Shown: piece by piece, positions 9,971 through 20,573 of the stretch
How positions within the stretch are numbered: position 1 is the stretch's first letter
Layout of the letters: each line of letters begins with the position of its first letter
DNA from: Candidatus Poribacteria bacterium
Lineage (GTDB): Bacteria; Poribacteria; WGA-4E; WGA-3G
DNA length: 64,000 bases
Reading direction: 5' to 3'
Assembly (NCBI GenBank): GCA_963663765.2
Contig: CAXXUA010000003.1
Span: 416,001-480,000, forward strand
Program-made: the position numbers and the translations under genes
Notes under the pieces: model-generated
The model's input: only the letters and a program-made list of their open reading frames with translations
Database searches by the model: none
What the model was told of the DNA's origin: nothing

Positions 9971-11690
9971 CCTACACTCCGCAGTTATGGATCTGGAAAA
10001 TAGACATTTTTTACTTCTATGCCTAAAATGTTGATGATTTGTGTGTGTATTTCATTTAAATTTAATATAGACCTTTGTATATGTTCGTTTTGTTCTATCA
10101 ATAATACATCAACGCCTTCAAACATTTGAAAAATACGCCTGAGTGTTGGTTTTTGCGTGGGTTTACCAACTTGGTTAGGTATTGTTTGTTCTTGTTTTTT
10201 TAGCTCTTGCCGAACCCATCGTTCGGCAAGAGCGTATACAAGTAAAGAAAGTCCCATCACCATCAGTAATGCCATAATCCGCTGGGGTTTTTCAAGATAT
10301 AGACTATCGGCAAAGAATAAGGGGTCTTTCAAAAACCGAAAACCGCGTTCTACAGACACGTTCTGTGCTTTATATGCTTCAAGGATAGTCGCATCGTCAA
10401 ATAAAGTTGTATCCAGTTCATTGGTAGCTAAGACAAATCGGCCTTTGCTGCGTTTGAGTTTTTCAATCGTTTCTATATCATCAATAACTTCACCTTCAAC
10501 CCGATAACGAAAATGTGTCGGTTTATCTGTCTTTTTGGGGCGTCCCGATGTAGTGTAATGTGGAACAGAAATAATGGAGAAACGAAGTTTATGATATTTC
10601 CATGACTTGGCAAGGACTGTTGCCGCAGCTGCCGCAGCTGTATCGGTCTCATACGTTTTATTTTGTAAACGATTGAGTGATGTTTGTGCAGTTGTCTGTG
10701 CTTTGTCAATCTTTTTTACTAAAGTTGCCACTTCACGATGATACGCAGTTTGTGAATAAACAACTAACCACCTTTGTGGAACATCCGCATAGGTGCTATC
10801 TACTGATAGATAACTATATCCATCAAGAGATGCTGGCTGCATATCTTCAGTCGAAATAGTTTGGTAGAGTTCTTTGACAGCTTTGAGTGTTTCCGGCACA
10901 CGCGTAATAAAACGCACATCACGCAGCTTCGCAATGTTTTGTGCTGTATAAAGCGCACTATCCGCTACAAAATAAGGTGCATCACTGCCACGCAGTTGAG
11001 ACAAATATTCTCGGATCGTGTTGGGAAAACTTGTTTTATCAGACTGATTTCCATCAAGTGCTTTGAACCATACAGGGAACTGAGACCGATAAGAACAGAG
11101 AAGTTGAACTACCACTTGTTTGAGATCCGGACGCTGATCGCGACTATACCCGTGGGTAATGTGAATAGCGTGTTCATCAACTGTTTCGGTATCATAGTTC
11201 CCCTGAAAACTAAACGTGGTGCTATCCAGATGAACAAAACGATGGTCAATCTCATAAGTTGATAATGCTTTAGAAGCAACTGTTGCAAAAAGTTCGGTAA
11301 CACCATTTTCATAAAGTGTATCTAAAGCACGCCCAAGACAATCGTCCGTGAAATCGGCAGCACAGAGATGAGGGCGTATCAATAGATCCACCGGTTTATT
11401 TGAAAAAAACTCAGGTGTCAAGTAGAGTGGGCGTGAGACAAAGCCTAAAGCATTCAAGATCATAGCAACAACAGATTCACCCACTGAAACTTTCCGTTTC
11501 GTTGGGGAAATAAAAGTATCAATAGTGTTTATCAAGTCAATACGATCACATACACCAGCTACTATGCCGAGGTGATCTAAACGTTGTGTTGTAAAAGTAG
11601 ATTGAGTGATGATGTTATACTCCTTATATAAAGATATAAAGAGTATAACATAAATACTTAAAATCCGATTAAACAACTGCGGAGTGTAGG
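9971..11690 (-). mobile_element. IS1634-family insertion sequence
   Basis: TIR CCTACACTCCGCAGTT; 6-bp TSD GTTGAA. Confidence 0.9.
9985..11676 (-). CDS. IS1634-family DDE transposase (start uncertain)
   Basis: RLDHLGIVAG, HLDSTTFSFQG, GYSRDQRPDLKQ, VADSALY and VERGFRFLKDP motifs. Confidence 0.9.
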   Translation of the reverse strand: MFNRILSIYVILFISLYKEYNIITQSTFTTQRLDHLGIVAGVCDRIDLINTIDTFISPTKRKVSVGESVVAMILNALGFVSRPLYLTPEFFSNKPVDLLIRPHLCAADFTDDCLGRALDTLYENGVTELFATVASKALSTYEIDHRFVHLDSTTFSFQGNYDTETVDEHAIHITHGYSRDQRPDLKQVVVQLLCSYRSQFPVWFKALDGNQSDKTSFPNTIREYLSQLRGSDAPYFVADSALYTAQNIAKLRDVRFITRVPETLKAVKELYQTISTEDMQPASLDGYSYLSVDSTYADVPQRWLVVYSQTAYHREVATLVKKIDKAQTTAQTSLNRLQNKTYETDTAAAAAATVLAKSWKYHKLRFSIISVPHYTTSGRPKKTDKPTHFRYRVEGEVIDDIETIEKLKRSKGRFVLATNELDTTLFDDATILEAYKAQNVSVERGFRFLKDPLFFADSLYLEKPQRIMALLMVMGLSLLVYALAERWVRQELKKQEQTIPNQVGKPTQKPTLRRIFQMFEGVDVLLIEQNEHIQRSILNLNEIHTQIINILGIEVKNVYFPDP

Positions 11691-11771
11691 GTTGAAGTAT
11701 TTTTATTTATCATAGTGTCTAATTTGACAATAGAAATGACTATATCAGCAATCTGACAGAATAATTTATAT

Positions 11772-11981
11772 GCACAATCTGGCAGAATGTGCTACAACTA
11801 CCCGCACAATCTGGCAGAATGTGCTACAACTACCCGCACAATCTGGAAGAATGTGCTACAACTACCCACACAATCTGGAAGAATGTGCTACAACTACCCG
11901 CACAATCTGGAAGAATGTGCTACAACTACCCGCACAATCTGGAAGAATGTGCTACAACTACCCACACAATCTGGAAGAATG
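11772..11981. repeat. 32-bp tandem repeat, ~6.5 copies
   Basis: GCACAATCTGG(C/A)AGAATGTGCTACAACTACCC head-to-tail with no spacers. Confidence 0.95.
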
Positions 11982-12511
11982 TCTATTATTGGCGAAGGTA
12001 TTGTACTTAGTCTACTATAACATATCAGAATATGCAAGAAAAGATAAACTGAGGCAAGGTTATTTAGTTTTAGGCATTTTAGTCGTTTTCTGAGAAAATC
12101 GCGACCAGGAGGTCGCTCCTACCGGTGGGTTTCTTTTTCAATAATCCAAAAATTAGGAAGACTGAATAAGCCTGAAACTGGGGGGTGTGTAAAGTTTTTG
12201 CACAAACTGCTCACTCTCCATTATAGGGCGGGGTCTCTGTGCCCCGCCGAAACTGATTAAATAAGAGATTGCAGGAACAGGACACATAGGTGTTGTCAAC
12301 ATTAGGAAATATTGTTAATATCAACCATACGTTTCAGTCCCGTAGGGACGATATGTATATAGAAAAACGTGAGTTTGATAGATAGTTTTAGTTGTTACAT
12401 ATCATTGGAAACGGATAATTAATTTCCTTGAGTTCTTTTCGTTTGAGCGAGGGTTTTTTCTTCAGATAGGTATAAGCGATCAAGGCAGCAACTGTATTGA
12501 CTTGGAAGTTA

Positions 12512-12665
12512 TACCATTTTTATGTGATAATGTCTCATTAGCAGCGGAAATCTGGTAGGAGCGACCTCACGGTCGCGACCGGGAGGTCGCTCCTACCGAA
12601 GAGAGTAACCCCTTGCCAGTAAACAGTAGAATTCCTTAATGAGACAAGATTTATTTAAATTGGTA
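12512..12665. mobile_element. MITE (TACC...GGTA) carrying a GTAGGAGCGACC REP pair; copies 20011-20164 and inverted 26184-26336
   Basis: Three near-identical copies; TSD TTA here and TAA at 20011-20164. Confidence 0.85.
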
Positions 12666-12748
12666 TTAGGAGTGACTTCCAACTCACAATTGCTGAAACT
12701 AACATTTTATTAGTGGACAGACCACTGGCACTGATTCTAATATTTGCT

Positions 12749-13159
12749 TCACCAACGCCGCTGCCCAGTTGAAATTAGAACCGAGATATCACTCGTTTCA
12801 TCAAGCCATTGGTGACCGTGAGTTCCATAAATTGGCCGGGTAAAGAAAAATAATAAATCCAATACCTCTTTCCAAGTTTGACGTGTAAGTTTCCAAGTGA
12901 AATGGTTTTTGGTATTTTCTAACAAAACTACGCCAAAATCTTGATCGGAAACCTGTGCAGTTAGTCTACAACCATCAACCGGACAGATAAATGGCAAACC
13001 ATGAATTTCCAACAATGTCACATAATCCGTAGCGACATTAAGTAACATACTGTATAACTCTTCAGCCTCACTTAGATCTTTAGTTTTACGTGTAAAGGCT
13101 GGAGATATAAGTAACAACGGACAATCTATGTGTCCATCTGGTAAGAATTCAAGATACAT
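12749..13159 (-). CDS. Hypothetical protein, candidate immunity protein
   Basis: 136-aa ORF with GGAGG SD, 23 nt downstream of a toxin-like gene. Confidence 0.6.
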   Translation of the reverse strand: MYLEFLPDGHIDCPLLLISPAFTRKTKDLSEAEELYSMLLNVATDYVTLLEIHGLPFICPVDGCRLTAQVSDQDFGVVLLENTKNHFTWKLTRQTWKEVLDLLFFFTRPIYGTHGHQWLDETSDISVLISTGQRRW

Positions 13160-13182
13160 AGAAGCCTCCTAAATCAACCGAT

Positions 13183-13793
13183 CTAAATTCCTTCAATTTC
13201 TTCACCTGAAGAATCAACATTTATCCACCTATGATTTCCAGACTTTGTATAAGGTTTATAGTTATAGTAACCGGGTTTTTTGGTTCCATCTTCGTACTCG
13301 GCTGACTTTTCGGGTCGCCATTCGCCACCATCTTCATCGTAATAACTTTTCTGACCAAATCTTGCTGGTTTATCTCTTGATGGTACACCTTCTGTGTAGG
13401 CAGGATAACCGTATGTACCGCCTGATGGAGGAGTGGGCCAAGTGCTGGTGTCTGTCATGTCTAAATTGTCCCAATCAAAATCTTCATAACCAGAAATGAT
13501 AACATCATCATCATCATCTTCATCTTCATCTTCTTGGCCATCTTCTCCATCATCTCCACCTTCTCCATCATCTTCCGGATTATCAGGTTCGGGTTCTTCA
13601 GTTCCACCACCATTTCTACCACAGTTGTCACTACTCATCTGTGCAAACCAGGCATCAACATCACCGCCAACAGCAGTTTGCACATTAAAACCATCAAAAT
13701 CAAAAGCATAAATAACACCCGCACCAAAACAGAAGTGCTATAAGCACGGTGCCGACTACGTTTGGTTGACTAAGAAAATTTTTAAAAAATCCA
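13183..13793 (-). CDS. Secreted protein with acidic linker and toxin-like C-terminus; 5' end disrupted by homopolymer frameshifts
   Basis: ORF 13183-13683; a hydrophobic leader can be rebuilt from ATG 13793; C-terminus SYYDEDGGEWRP..GYYNYKP. Confidence 0.5.
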
Positions 13794-14208
13794 TTTTCTC
13801 CTTGTATTTTGATACCTATGTGAGTATCAAATGTTGATTCAACTTACACAAACATAGAAAGATTTTCCAATGCAACAACAAAAGTGCGGACACGAAAATA
13901 TCGCAAACACGAATGTCTGTGATCGTAATTTGTAATTTAAAAAAATTAACAAATGGGGTGGGGTGGACACTAACCTCCAGTTAATTGCAAAGGCAAACGT
14001 ATTGCACGTAACAATACCCGGTTCAGATAGATATCTGGTGTGGTCACTTCTGGTTAGCAATTTCATCTTCTCACAAGTATGAAAAACAGAATAAGTGGTG
14101 ACGCAGATTTTATTTCAATCTGCATTTTATTTCAATCTGCATTAACCCGTGCATAGTATAACACAAATATTATAGTAAGACACAAATATTATAGTAAGAC
14201 ACAAATAT

Positions 14209-15082
14209 GGGTGTGTAAAGTTTTTGCACAAACTGCTCATTCTCCATTGTAGGGTGGGGTCTCTGTGCCCCGCCGCATAGGTGTCAACTTAAGAAAAGTC
14301 AAGTGCTAAATACCCCATCTCGGTAGGCGTGCTTTGTAAGTGCGCCGATAAACCCAGGATTGGCAACGGTGCGCTTACAAAGCACGCCTACAGTTGGGGG
14401 TACGCTTACAAAGCACACCTGCAGGGGAGTGCGGGTGAGTGCGGGGCGCGCTTACAAAGCACGCCTGCAGGGGAGCGCGGGTGACTGCGGGGCGCGCTTA
14501 CAAAGCACGCCTGCAGGGGAGCGCGGGTGAGGGCGGGTGACTGCGGGGCGCGCTTACAAAGCACGCCTGCAGGGGAGCGCAGTTGAGGGGCGCGCTTATA
14601 AAGCACGCCTGCAAGGGAGTGCAGGGGAGTGCGGGGCGCGCTTACAAAGCACGCCTGCAGGGGAGTGCAGGGGAGTGTGGGGCGCGCTTACAAAGCACGC
14701 CTGCAGGGGAGTGCAGTTGGTAGGTGCGCTTACAAAGCACGCCATAGGCGTCAATTTAAGAAAATATTGTTGTCATTTTTCTTGTGGGAGGGTTTTTCAA
14801 CCTCGATTTGAGAGGAAAAGCGCATAAATTCGGGGTTGAAAACCCCTCCCACAATACGTGAAAATCCTTAAATTGACGCTTATGGTGCGCTTACAAAACA
14901 CCAAATCAACGGTATGAATGCCGTTTAGGCATTCCCCGCCTACCTTGAGTGAGAAAATCGGGATTTCAAGGTTTCCCTCCTACAAGAATATGAATCGCTA
15001 AGTTGACACCTATGCGGCGGGGCACAGAGTCCCGCCCTACAATGAAGAATGAGCAGTTTTGTGCAAAAAACTTTACACACCC
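14209..15082. mobile_element. Composite MITE with ISKra4-type TIRs, nesting CATAGGTGTCAA-type MITEs (14276-15014, 14743-14884)
   Basis: GGGTGTGTAAAGTTTTTG termini identical to the IS at 34378; long inverted ends. Confidence 0.8.
14322..14743. repeat. REP-like array (GGCGCGCTTACAAAGCACGCC), ~9 direct copies + 1 inverted
   Basis: Imperfect palindromes separated by G-rich linkers. Confidence 0.9.
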
Positions 15083-15149
15083 CAACTAAAACGAAAACTC
15101 TTGCAATAACTCACCAAATTTAGTAGAATATATTTATGCATGAGAACAA

Positions 15150-15500
15150 ATGAAACCCGTTGTTTGGGTTGGACACTCCAAAAGGAGACTTTTAGCATTT
15201 CCTCGCGAAGTACAGTGAGACGTTGGTTTTGCTCTTGAAATCGCACAAGGTCGTGAAACCCATTTTTCTGCTAAACCTTGCGTGGTTTTTCGTGTGTCTA
15301 CGAGATTGTGAGTAATTATGTTCGTGATACATATCGTAAGGTATATGTGGTCAATCTTGGAGATATATTTTATGCTACTGCACTGTTTTCAAAAGAAATC
15401 AAAAAGAGAAATCAAAACTCCAAAGAAAGAAATTGATTTAATTCGCAATCGTTTGAATTGGGTAAAAGGACTCGCTCAGAAGGAAAACGAAAATGAGTAA
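15150..15500 (+). pseudogene. RelE/Gp49-like toxin pseudogene
   Basis: MKPVVWVGHSKKELLAFPREVQ*DVGFAL.. and LLHCFQKKSKREIKTPKKEIDLIRNRL; internal stop and frameshifts. Confidence 0.75.
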
Positions 15501-15663
15501 AGAAAAAATTGAATATGAAATAGGCAGTGGTAATGTTTACAAGGATTTAGGATTCCACAATCCAGAGGCGATGCAAGCAAAAGCACATCTCGTTTTCAAG
15601 ATTCTGGATACTATAACCGAACGCAATCTTACCTTAGATAAAGCAGCTGAAATTTTACGTATT
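15493..15663 (+). pseudogene. HTH antitoxin truncated by a MITE
   Basis: IGSGNVYKDLGF..AKAHL..LTLDKAAEIL; MITE begins at 15664. Confidence 0.75.
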
Positions 15664-15784
15664 CAGGACTTACGCAGTTTTCATAATTTGATGAAGAATT
15701 ATGACGAAAATGGTGTAATTTTCAGCATATTTTCGGTTCCAGCGCGCTTACAAAGCACGCCTACCGTTGGGTGCGTAAGTCTTG
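15664..15784. mobile_element. MITE (TIR CAGGACTTACGCA); copies ~26343-26520, 31019-32550, 58933-59125, 62065-62281
   Basis: Conserved termini and interior; TSD TTGTG around the 58933 copy. Confidence 0.85.
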
Positions 15785-15785
15785 T

Positions 15786-16578
15786 TATGTTTCCATTGAC
15801 GATCTACTACTTAAACATAAGACTACTGGGTTCTTCAGAATTGAAATTTTATTTTATGCTACAATTAACTGCCGAAAGAACCATTTAGTTCCGTAGGAAG
15901 GAAATGTTTATAGAAAATGTTTTCAACCCCAATAGAGTTCCGTAGGAATGACATAGAAGAATAAACATATCGTCCCTACGGGACTAAAGACATGGGGAGG
16001 GTATTCGTTATCTATAAACATATCGTCCCTACGGGACTAAATGGTTTTCTTGCTATGTATTTATTATATGTTTCCATTGATGATCTCCTACTTAAACGGA
16101 TGACTACTGGGTTCTTCAGCATTGGACTTTTATTTTATGCTAAAATTAATTGCCGAAAGAACCACTAAATGGTTTTCTTGCTATGTATTTATTATATGTT
16201 TCCATTGATGATCTCCTACTTAAACGGATGACTACTGGGTTCTTCAGCATTGGACTTTTATTTTATGCTAAAATTAATTGCCGAAAGAACCACTAAAGAC
16301 ATAGGGAGGGTATTCGTTATTTATAAACATATCGTCCCTACCAAATCAACGCCAAATGCGCCAAATCAAGAAATCAACGGTATGAATGCCTTTTGGCATT
16401 CCCCGGGTATGAATGCCATTAAGGCATTCCCCGTATGGCATTTGTTGGGACTAAAGAGCGATATTCAGTTTTCAATAAATTAAAATTGATGCGTAAATGT
16501 CGGTTAGGAAACCGAACCTGGGTATTAACTTTCAGTAAATCTCAAGAACAGAAAACTCTTAAAACTAAATAACCCTGA
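15786..16578. repeat. Composite repeat: ~127-bp tandem duplication, GTAGGGACG REPs and an ISAs1-type end
   Basis: 16040-16294 duplicated; 16450-16578 is the reverse complement of 37845-37975. Confidence 0.8.
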
Positions 16579-16674
16579 TTAAATCATATACAGTGGAACG
16601 CAGTCAGGAGAAAACTATACTTCGCGGAAACTACATCTCAACTTCAGTAAATTGATACCCATCCACGCACAGTT

Positions 16675-17655
16675 ATGAAAACTACACCACAAATCTACCA
16701 CATCCAAACAGAACACAAAGGGAAACGGTTGGATCGGTTTCTGATGGGTGCGACTGAAGGTGTATCGCGAACCTATTTGCAGAAACTGATTCGTGATGGG
16801 ATGGTTACCGTCAACGATAAAGCCTCCAAACAACCGAGTCGGACGCTGCGCGTTGGTGACCAAGTTTGCATATCGTTTCCTGATTCCCGTCCTCTGGAAA
16901 CTCTAAAATCTGAGAATATACCGCTTGATATTCTCTATGAAGATAGCCACTTAATTGTTCTGAACAAACCTGCGGGCATGCTTGTTCATCCAGCAAGCGG
17001 TGTAAATTCAGGGACACTTGTTAACGCACTCTTGGCACACTGCAACGACCTGTCTGGTATCGGTGGTGTAGAAAGACCCGGTATTGTTCACAGGTTAGAC
17101 AAGGATACATCAGGTGTGCTGGTAGTTGCGAAAACTGACGTTGTGCATCGGGAACTGTCCGTGCAGTTTGAAAAGCATACCATCACACGTCAATATGTTG
17201 CTGTTGTGTGTAGTGTGCCTGCTGAAGTCGTAGGAACGATTGACGCACAAATTGCCCGGAGCCGTCGCGACCGAAGGCGAATGACCACAGTCAATAACAA
17301 CGGCAGACGTGCTGTCACACACTATCAGGTATTAGAGAGTTATAACAGATTTTCACTCGTTCAACTCACATTAGAGACCGGAAGACTCCATCAGATACGT
17401 GTGCATCTGCAGCACATCGGACATCCAGTTGCAGGTGATCCGATATATGGTGGTGAACAACGTGCTTTAAACGATGCCGGCGTACTTCCCGTGAAACATG
17501 CACTCATACACCTGAAACGGCAGGCATTGCATGCACGTACACTGCAATTTGAACATCCTATCACACATAAAACCTTGATGTTATCAGCACCTAAACCAGA
17601 GGATATGGAAAGACTTATTGATGCTTTGCGCACATTAACACGAACACATCTATAG
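16675..17655 (+). CDS. rluD: 23S rRNA pseudouridine synthase, RluD/RluA family
   Basis: S4 domain plus NKPAGMLVHP, HRLDKDTSG, LETGRLHQIRVH and QALHA motifs. Confidence 0.92.
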   Translation: MKTTPQIYHIQTEHKGKRLDRFLMGATEGVSRTYLQKLIRDGMVTVNDKASKQPSRTLRVGDQVCISFPDSRPLETLKSENIPLDILYEDSHLIVLNKPAGMLVHPASGVNSGTLVNALLAHCNDLSGIGGVERPGIVHRLDKDTSGVLVVAKTDVVHRELSVQFEKHTITRQYVAVVCSVPAEVVGTIDAQIARSRRDRRRMTTVNNNGRRAVTHYQVLESYNRFSLVQLTLETGRLHQIRVHLQHIGHPVAGDPIYGGEQRALNDAGVLPVKHALIHLKRQALHARTLQFEHPITHKTLMLSAPKPEDMERLIDALRTLTRTHL

Positions 17656-17665
17656 GAGAAGGCTC

Positions 17666-18652
17666 ATGGAATATGTCACATTTGGAAAAGCAGGGGTTAA
17701 GGTGAGTCCACTTGCATTAGGATTAGGATTGAGGGGACAGTCTGATGAAACCGCAGCTCAACGGTTGATTGAACACGCTATTGATTCTGGCATCAATCTC
17801 ATTGATTGTGCTAATATATATGGTCCGATGGATGATCGTGCCAATATTGGTCGGTCAGAGGTTATCCTCGGTAAAGCGATCAAAGGGAAACGAGATGATG
17901 TGGTGATTACATCCAAGGTCTGCAGCCATGTTGGACAAGGACCAAATGACTACGGATTATCACGATACCACATTATGCGGGAGATAGACCGTTCATTGAC
18001 CCGTCTCGGGACTGACCACATTGATGTCTACCTGATTCATGTGGCAGACGACACCACACCTCAAGAGGAGACGATCCGTGTGTTAGACGATCTCGTGCGT
18101 TCAGGTAAGGTGCGTTATCTTGGCTGTTGCAACCATCAGGCATGGCAGGTTTGCAAAGCACTTTGGATTGCGGATAGTAGTAACGCGACACCGTATATGT
18201 GCGTTCAAAATATGTATAACCTACTCAACAGAGACTTGGAAACCGAGATGTTCGGCTTGGTGCGTGAGGAAGGTCTTGGGGTGATGTGTTATAGTCCGTT
18301 ATCAGTCGGTTTATTGAGCGGTGCCTATTCTCCTGACGAACCACCTCCTGCTGGAACACTTTGGGCAAGACGATATAGAGACGAATTTGATCGCCGAATG
18401 CGCGGTGCTACTGGCAAAGTAATTGTTACACTGAAGAGATTGGCAGAGGAGTTAGGAAAAACCCCCGCACAACTTGCAGTGGCATGGGTGGTATCGCATC
18501 CTGAAGTCACCGTGGCTATCAGTGGCAGCGATACAATTGAACAATTGGATGACACGGTTGGCGGTGTCGGTTGGGAATTAGATGCGGCTGTTCGCGAAGA
18601 ATTGGATGAAGTGTCACGTTCGTTTGTGCGTTTGACTGCACCCCCTTTTTAG
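17666..18652 (+). CDS. Aldo/keto reductase
   Basis: IDCANIYG, SLTRLGTDHIDVYLIH, GKVRYLG and YSPL motifs. Confidence 0.92.
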   Translation: MEYVTFGKAGVKVSPLALGLGLRGQSDETAAQRLIEHAIDSGINLIDCANIYGPMDDRANIGRSEVILGKAIKGKRDDVVITSKVCSHVGQGPNDYGLSRYHIMREIDRSLTRLGTDHIDVYLIHVADDTTPQEETIRVLDDLVRSGKVRYLGCCNHQAWQVCKALWIADSSNATPYMCVQNMYNLLNRDLETEMFGLVREEGLGVMCYSPLSVGLLSGAYSPDEPPPAGTLWARRYRDEFDRRMRGATGKVIVTLKRLAEELGKTPAQLAVAWVVSHPEVTVAISGSDTIEQLDDTVGGVGWELDAAVREELDEVSRSFVRLTAPPF

Positions 18653-18693
18653 TGATTAGAAGTGCAATTTTATGCTTCCGACTTCAACTCAAG

Positions 18694-18912
18694 TTATATT
18701 TCCTTCCTAAGACACCGCGCGGCATATCTCAGACATGCGTGAATATCTGATCTGGTTATATGTTGGTAGTCCTCAAGAATCTCTTCTTCACTCACGTTGG
18801 ACGCGAGTAAATTTAGGATAAACTCAACCGATAAGCGAGTTCCTTTGATAATCGGTTTTCCTCCCAGAATTCTTGGATCTACGGTGATTCGTTCCATTTT
18901 AGATTCCTCCAA
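18694..18912 (-). CDS. DUF433 antitoxin-like protein (no adjacent toxin)
   Basis: ITVDPRILGGKPIIKGTRLSV motif. Confidence 0.85.
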   Translation of the reverse strand: MEESKMERITVDPRILGGKPIIKGTRLSVEFILNLLASNVSEEEILEDYQHITRSDIHACLRYAARCLRKEI

Positions 18913-18922
18913 TGTATTATTA

Positions 18923-19010
18923 TACCGAATTAACGTGAGTCGTCTTGCTAAGTGTGCGGTTAGGAAACCGCACCTACCGTTGGAAAAAGATAAATTACGT
19001 TAATTTGGTA
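18923..19010. mobile_element. Small MITE (TACC...GGTA) with a GTAGGTGCGG REP; inverted copy 26562-26649
   Basis: TSD TTA at both copies. Confidence 0.8.
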
Positions 19011-19055
19011 TTATAGCATATTGAGCAGTATAATCGCGAATAAACTTTTTACCGA

Positions 19056-19407
19056 GGGTGTGTAAAGTTTTTGCACAGAGGTACAAACTTTTGTTCTCTT
19101 TAGTCCCGTAGGGCCGCAATGTTTATAGATAGGTGTAATCACCCTCTTCTCTTGAGTTCCATAGGAACGACATAGAAGAATAAACATATCGTCCCTACGG
19201 GACTAAAGAACTGGGAAGGGTACTTGTTTTCTATAAACATATCGTCCCTACGGGACTGAAGAATATGGTTGATATTAACAATATTTCCTTATATTGACAC
19301 CTATGGGTCACTGTACCCGCAATCTCTCATTTAATCAGTTGCGGCGGGCACAGAAATCCCGCTCTACAATGGAGAATGTGCAGTTTGTGCAAAAACTTTA
19401 CACACCC
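19056..19407. mobile_element. MITE with ISKra4-type TIRs carrying GTAGGGACG REPs
   Basis: GGGTGTGTAAAGTTTTTGCACA...TGTGCAAAAACTTTACACACCC. Confidence 0.85.
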
Positions 19408-19413
19408 CTTGAA

Positions 19414-19779
19414 CAGGGTTATTTAGTTTTAAGAATTATCAGTTGATGGGTGTTACTTAAAGTTTATATCGTAGGTCGGGTAGAGCGATAGCGAAACCTA
19501 TAGGTGTCAACTTAAGAAAATATTGTTTGCATTTTCTCTTGTAGGAGGGGTTTTCAACCCCGATTTGAGCGGAAATGCACTAAAAAATCGGGGTTGAAAA
19601 CCCCTCCCACAAGAGGTTAATATCCTTAAGTTGACACCTATAGGTAGAGCGATAGCGAAACCCGACATGACAACTACAATCAATACATGTCGGGTTTCGC
19701 TATCGCTCTACCCGACCTACGCATCTAATTCACGAATGTTATAAATATCTGCAAAAACTACTAAAACTAAATAACCCTG
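19414..19779. mobile_element. MITE with ISAs1-type TIRs; nested element 19498-19643
   Basis: CAGGGTTATTTAGTTTT termini; 10-bp TSD ACCCCTTGAA. Confidence 0.9.
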
Positions 19780-19814
19780 ACCCCTTGAATTTCACTTGAT
19801 TTATTTACTAAAAT

Positions 19815-20295
19815 TTGGTATACTTGCTAAAAACGAAAGCAGATGCTTTCGGAATACTTGTATTACAAGCACCGAAATTCTATGCTTCAAGCAAAACTTG
19901 TAATCGTTGTAGACACAAGAAAGATGATTTGACGCTATCAGAGAGAACTTATCATTGCAGTCAATGCGACTATCAAATAGACAGAGACATAAATGCTGCA
20001 ATAGACCTAATACCATTTTCATGTGATAATGTCTCATTAGCAGCGGAAATCGGGTAGGAGCAACATCACGGTCGCGACCGGGAGGTCGCTCCTACCGAAG
20101 AGAGTAACCCCCTGCCAGTAAACATTAGAATTCCTTAATGAGACAAGAATTATTTGAATTGGTATAAGAACCCTCGCTGTCGGATAGACAGAGAGCATAA
20201 ACGCTTGTGGAGTCCGAATAAGACCTCACGCAGTTCAGGATAGAGGCACGAGAGACGGAAGCAGGAATCACACAGAGGAGAGTTATGTGTTTCAA
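19815..20295 (+). pseudogene. tnpB: TnpB C-terminal remnant with probable right-end/omega-RNA region, interrupted by a MITE
   Basis: SSKTCNRC..ERTYHCSQC..IDRDINAAIDL; after removing the MITE it continues ..ESINACG..GAAGCAGGAA..TCAA. Confidence 0.75.
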
Positions 20296-20318
20296 AGAAG
20301 CACACGACTTTGGTTGTC

Positions 20319-20573
20319 GTGAGTATCACACTAGAACAAGTTATAAACCAAGACCCCGAGATTCACGGAGGTGTGCCAGTGTTTACCGGCACCCGTGTTC
20401 CTATACAGTCGATGATTGATCATCTAAAAGCGGGAGAGAGCCTTGATTACTTTCTTGAAGGATTCCCTTCTGTTTCTCGCGAGCAGGCGATCGCCTTTTT
20501 AGAATTTGCGTTGACGGAGGCAATTGGTCAAACTCCCGATAAGATCGGAAATCAACATGCGCGTACTACTTGA
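20319..20573 (+). CDS. DUF433 antitoxin
   Basis: INQDPEIHGGVPVFTGTRVPI motif. Confidence 0.88.
   Translation: MSITLEQVINQDPEIHGGVPVFTGTRVPIQSMIDHLKAGESLDYFLEGFPSVSREQAIAFLEFALTEAIGQTPDKIGNQHARTT

Larger units (their letters stand above)
9854..12003. mobile_element. MITE (TIR CAATACCTTCGCCA) interrupted by IS1634
   Basis: TIRs at both ends; 6-bp TSD TACTTA (9848-9853, 12004-12009); related inverted copy 37825-38746. Confidence 0.85.

Noticed and set aside
11772-11981. 32-bp repeats as a CRISPR array
   Set aside because: Repeats are contiguous with no unique spacers, no cas genes are present, and they lie inside a MITE
11770-12093. Repetitive ORFs here and at 14406-14827, 22637-23260 and 37220-37495
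   Set aside because: Open frames generated by DNA repeats in several frames at once
14107-14208. 17-bp x2 and 19-bp x2.5 tandem repeats as replication iterons
   Set aside because: Too few copies and no rep gene; local slippage duplications are common in this window
14322-14743. Palindrome array (and 22778-23120) as CRISPR
   Set aside because: Linkers are low-complexity variants of each other; it fits a REP array
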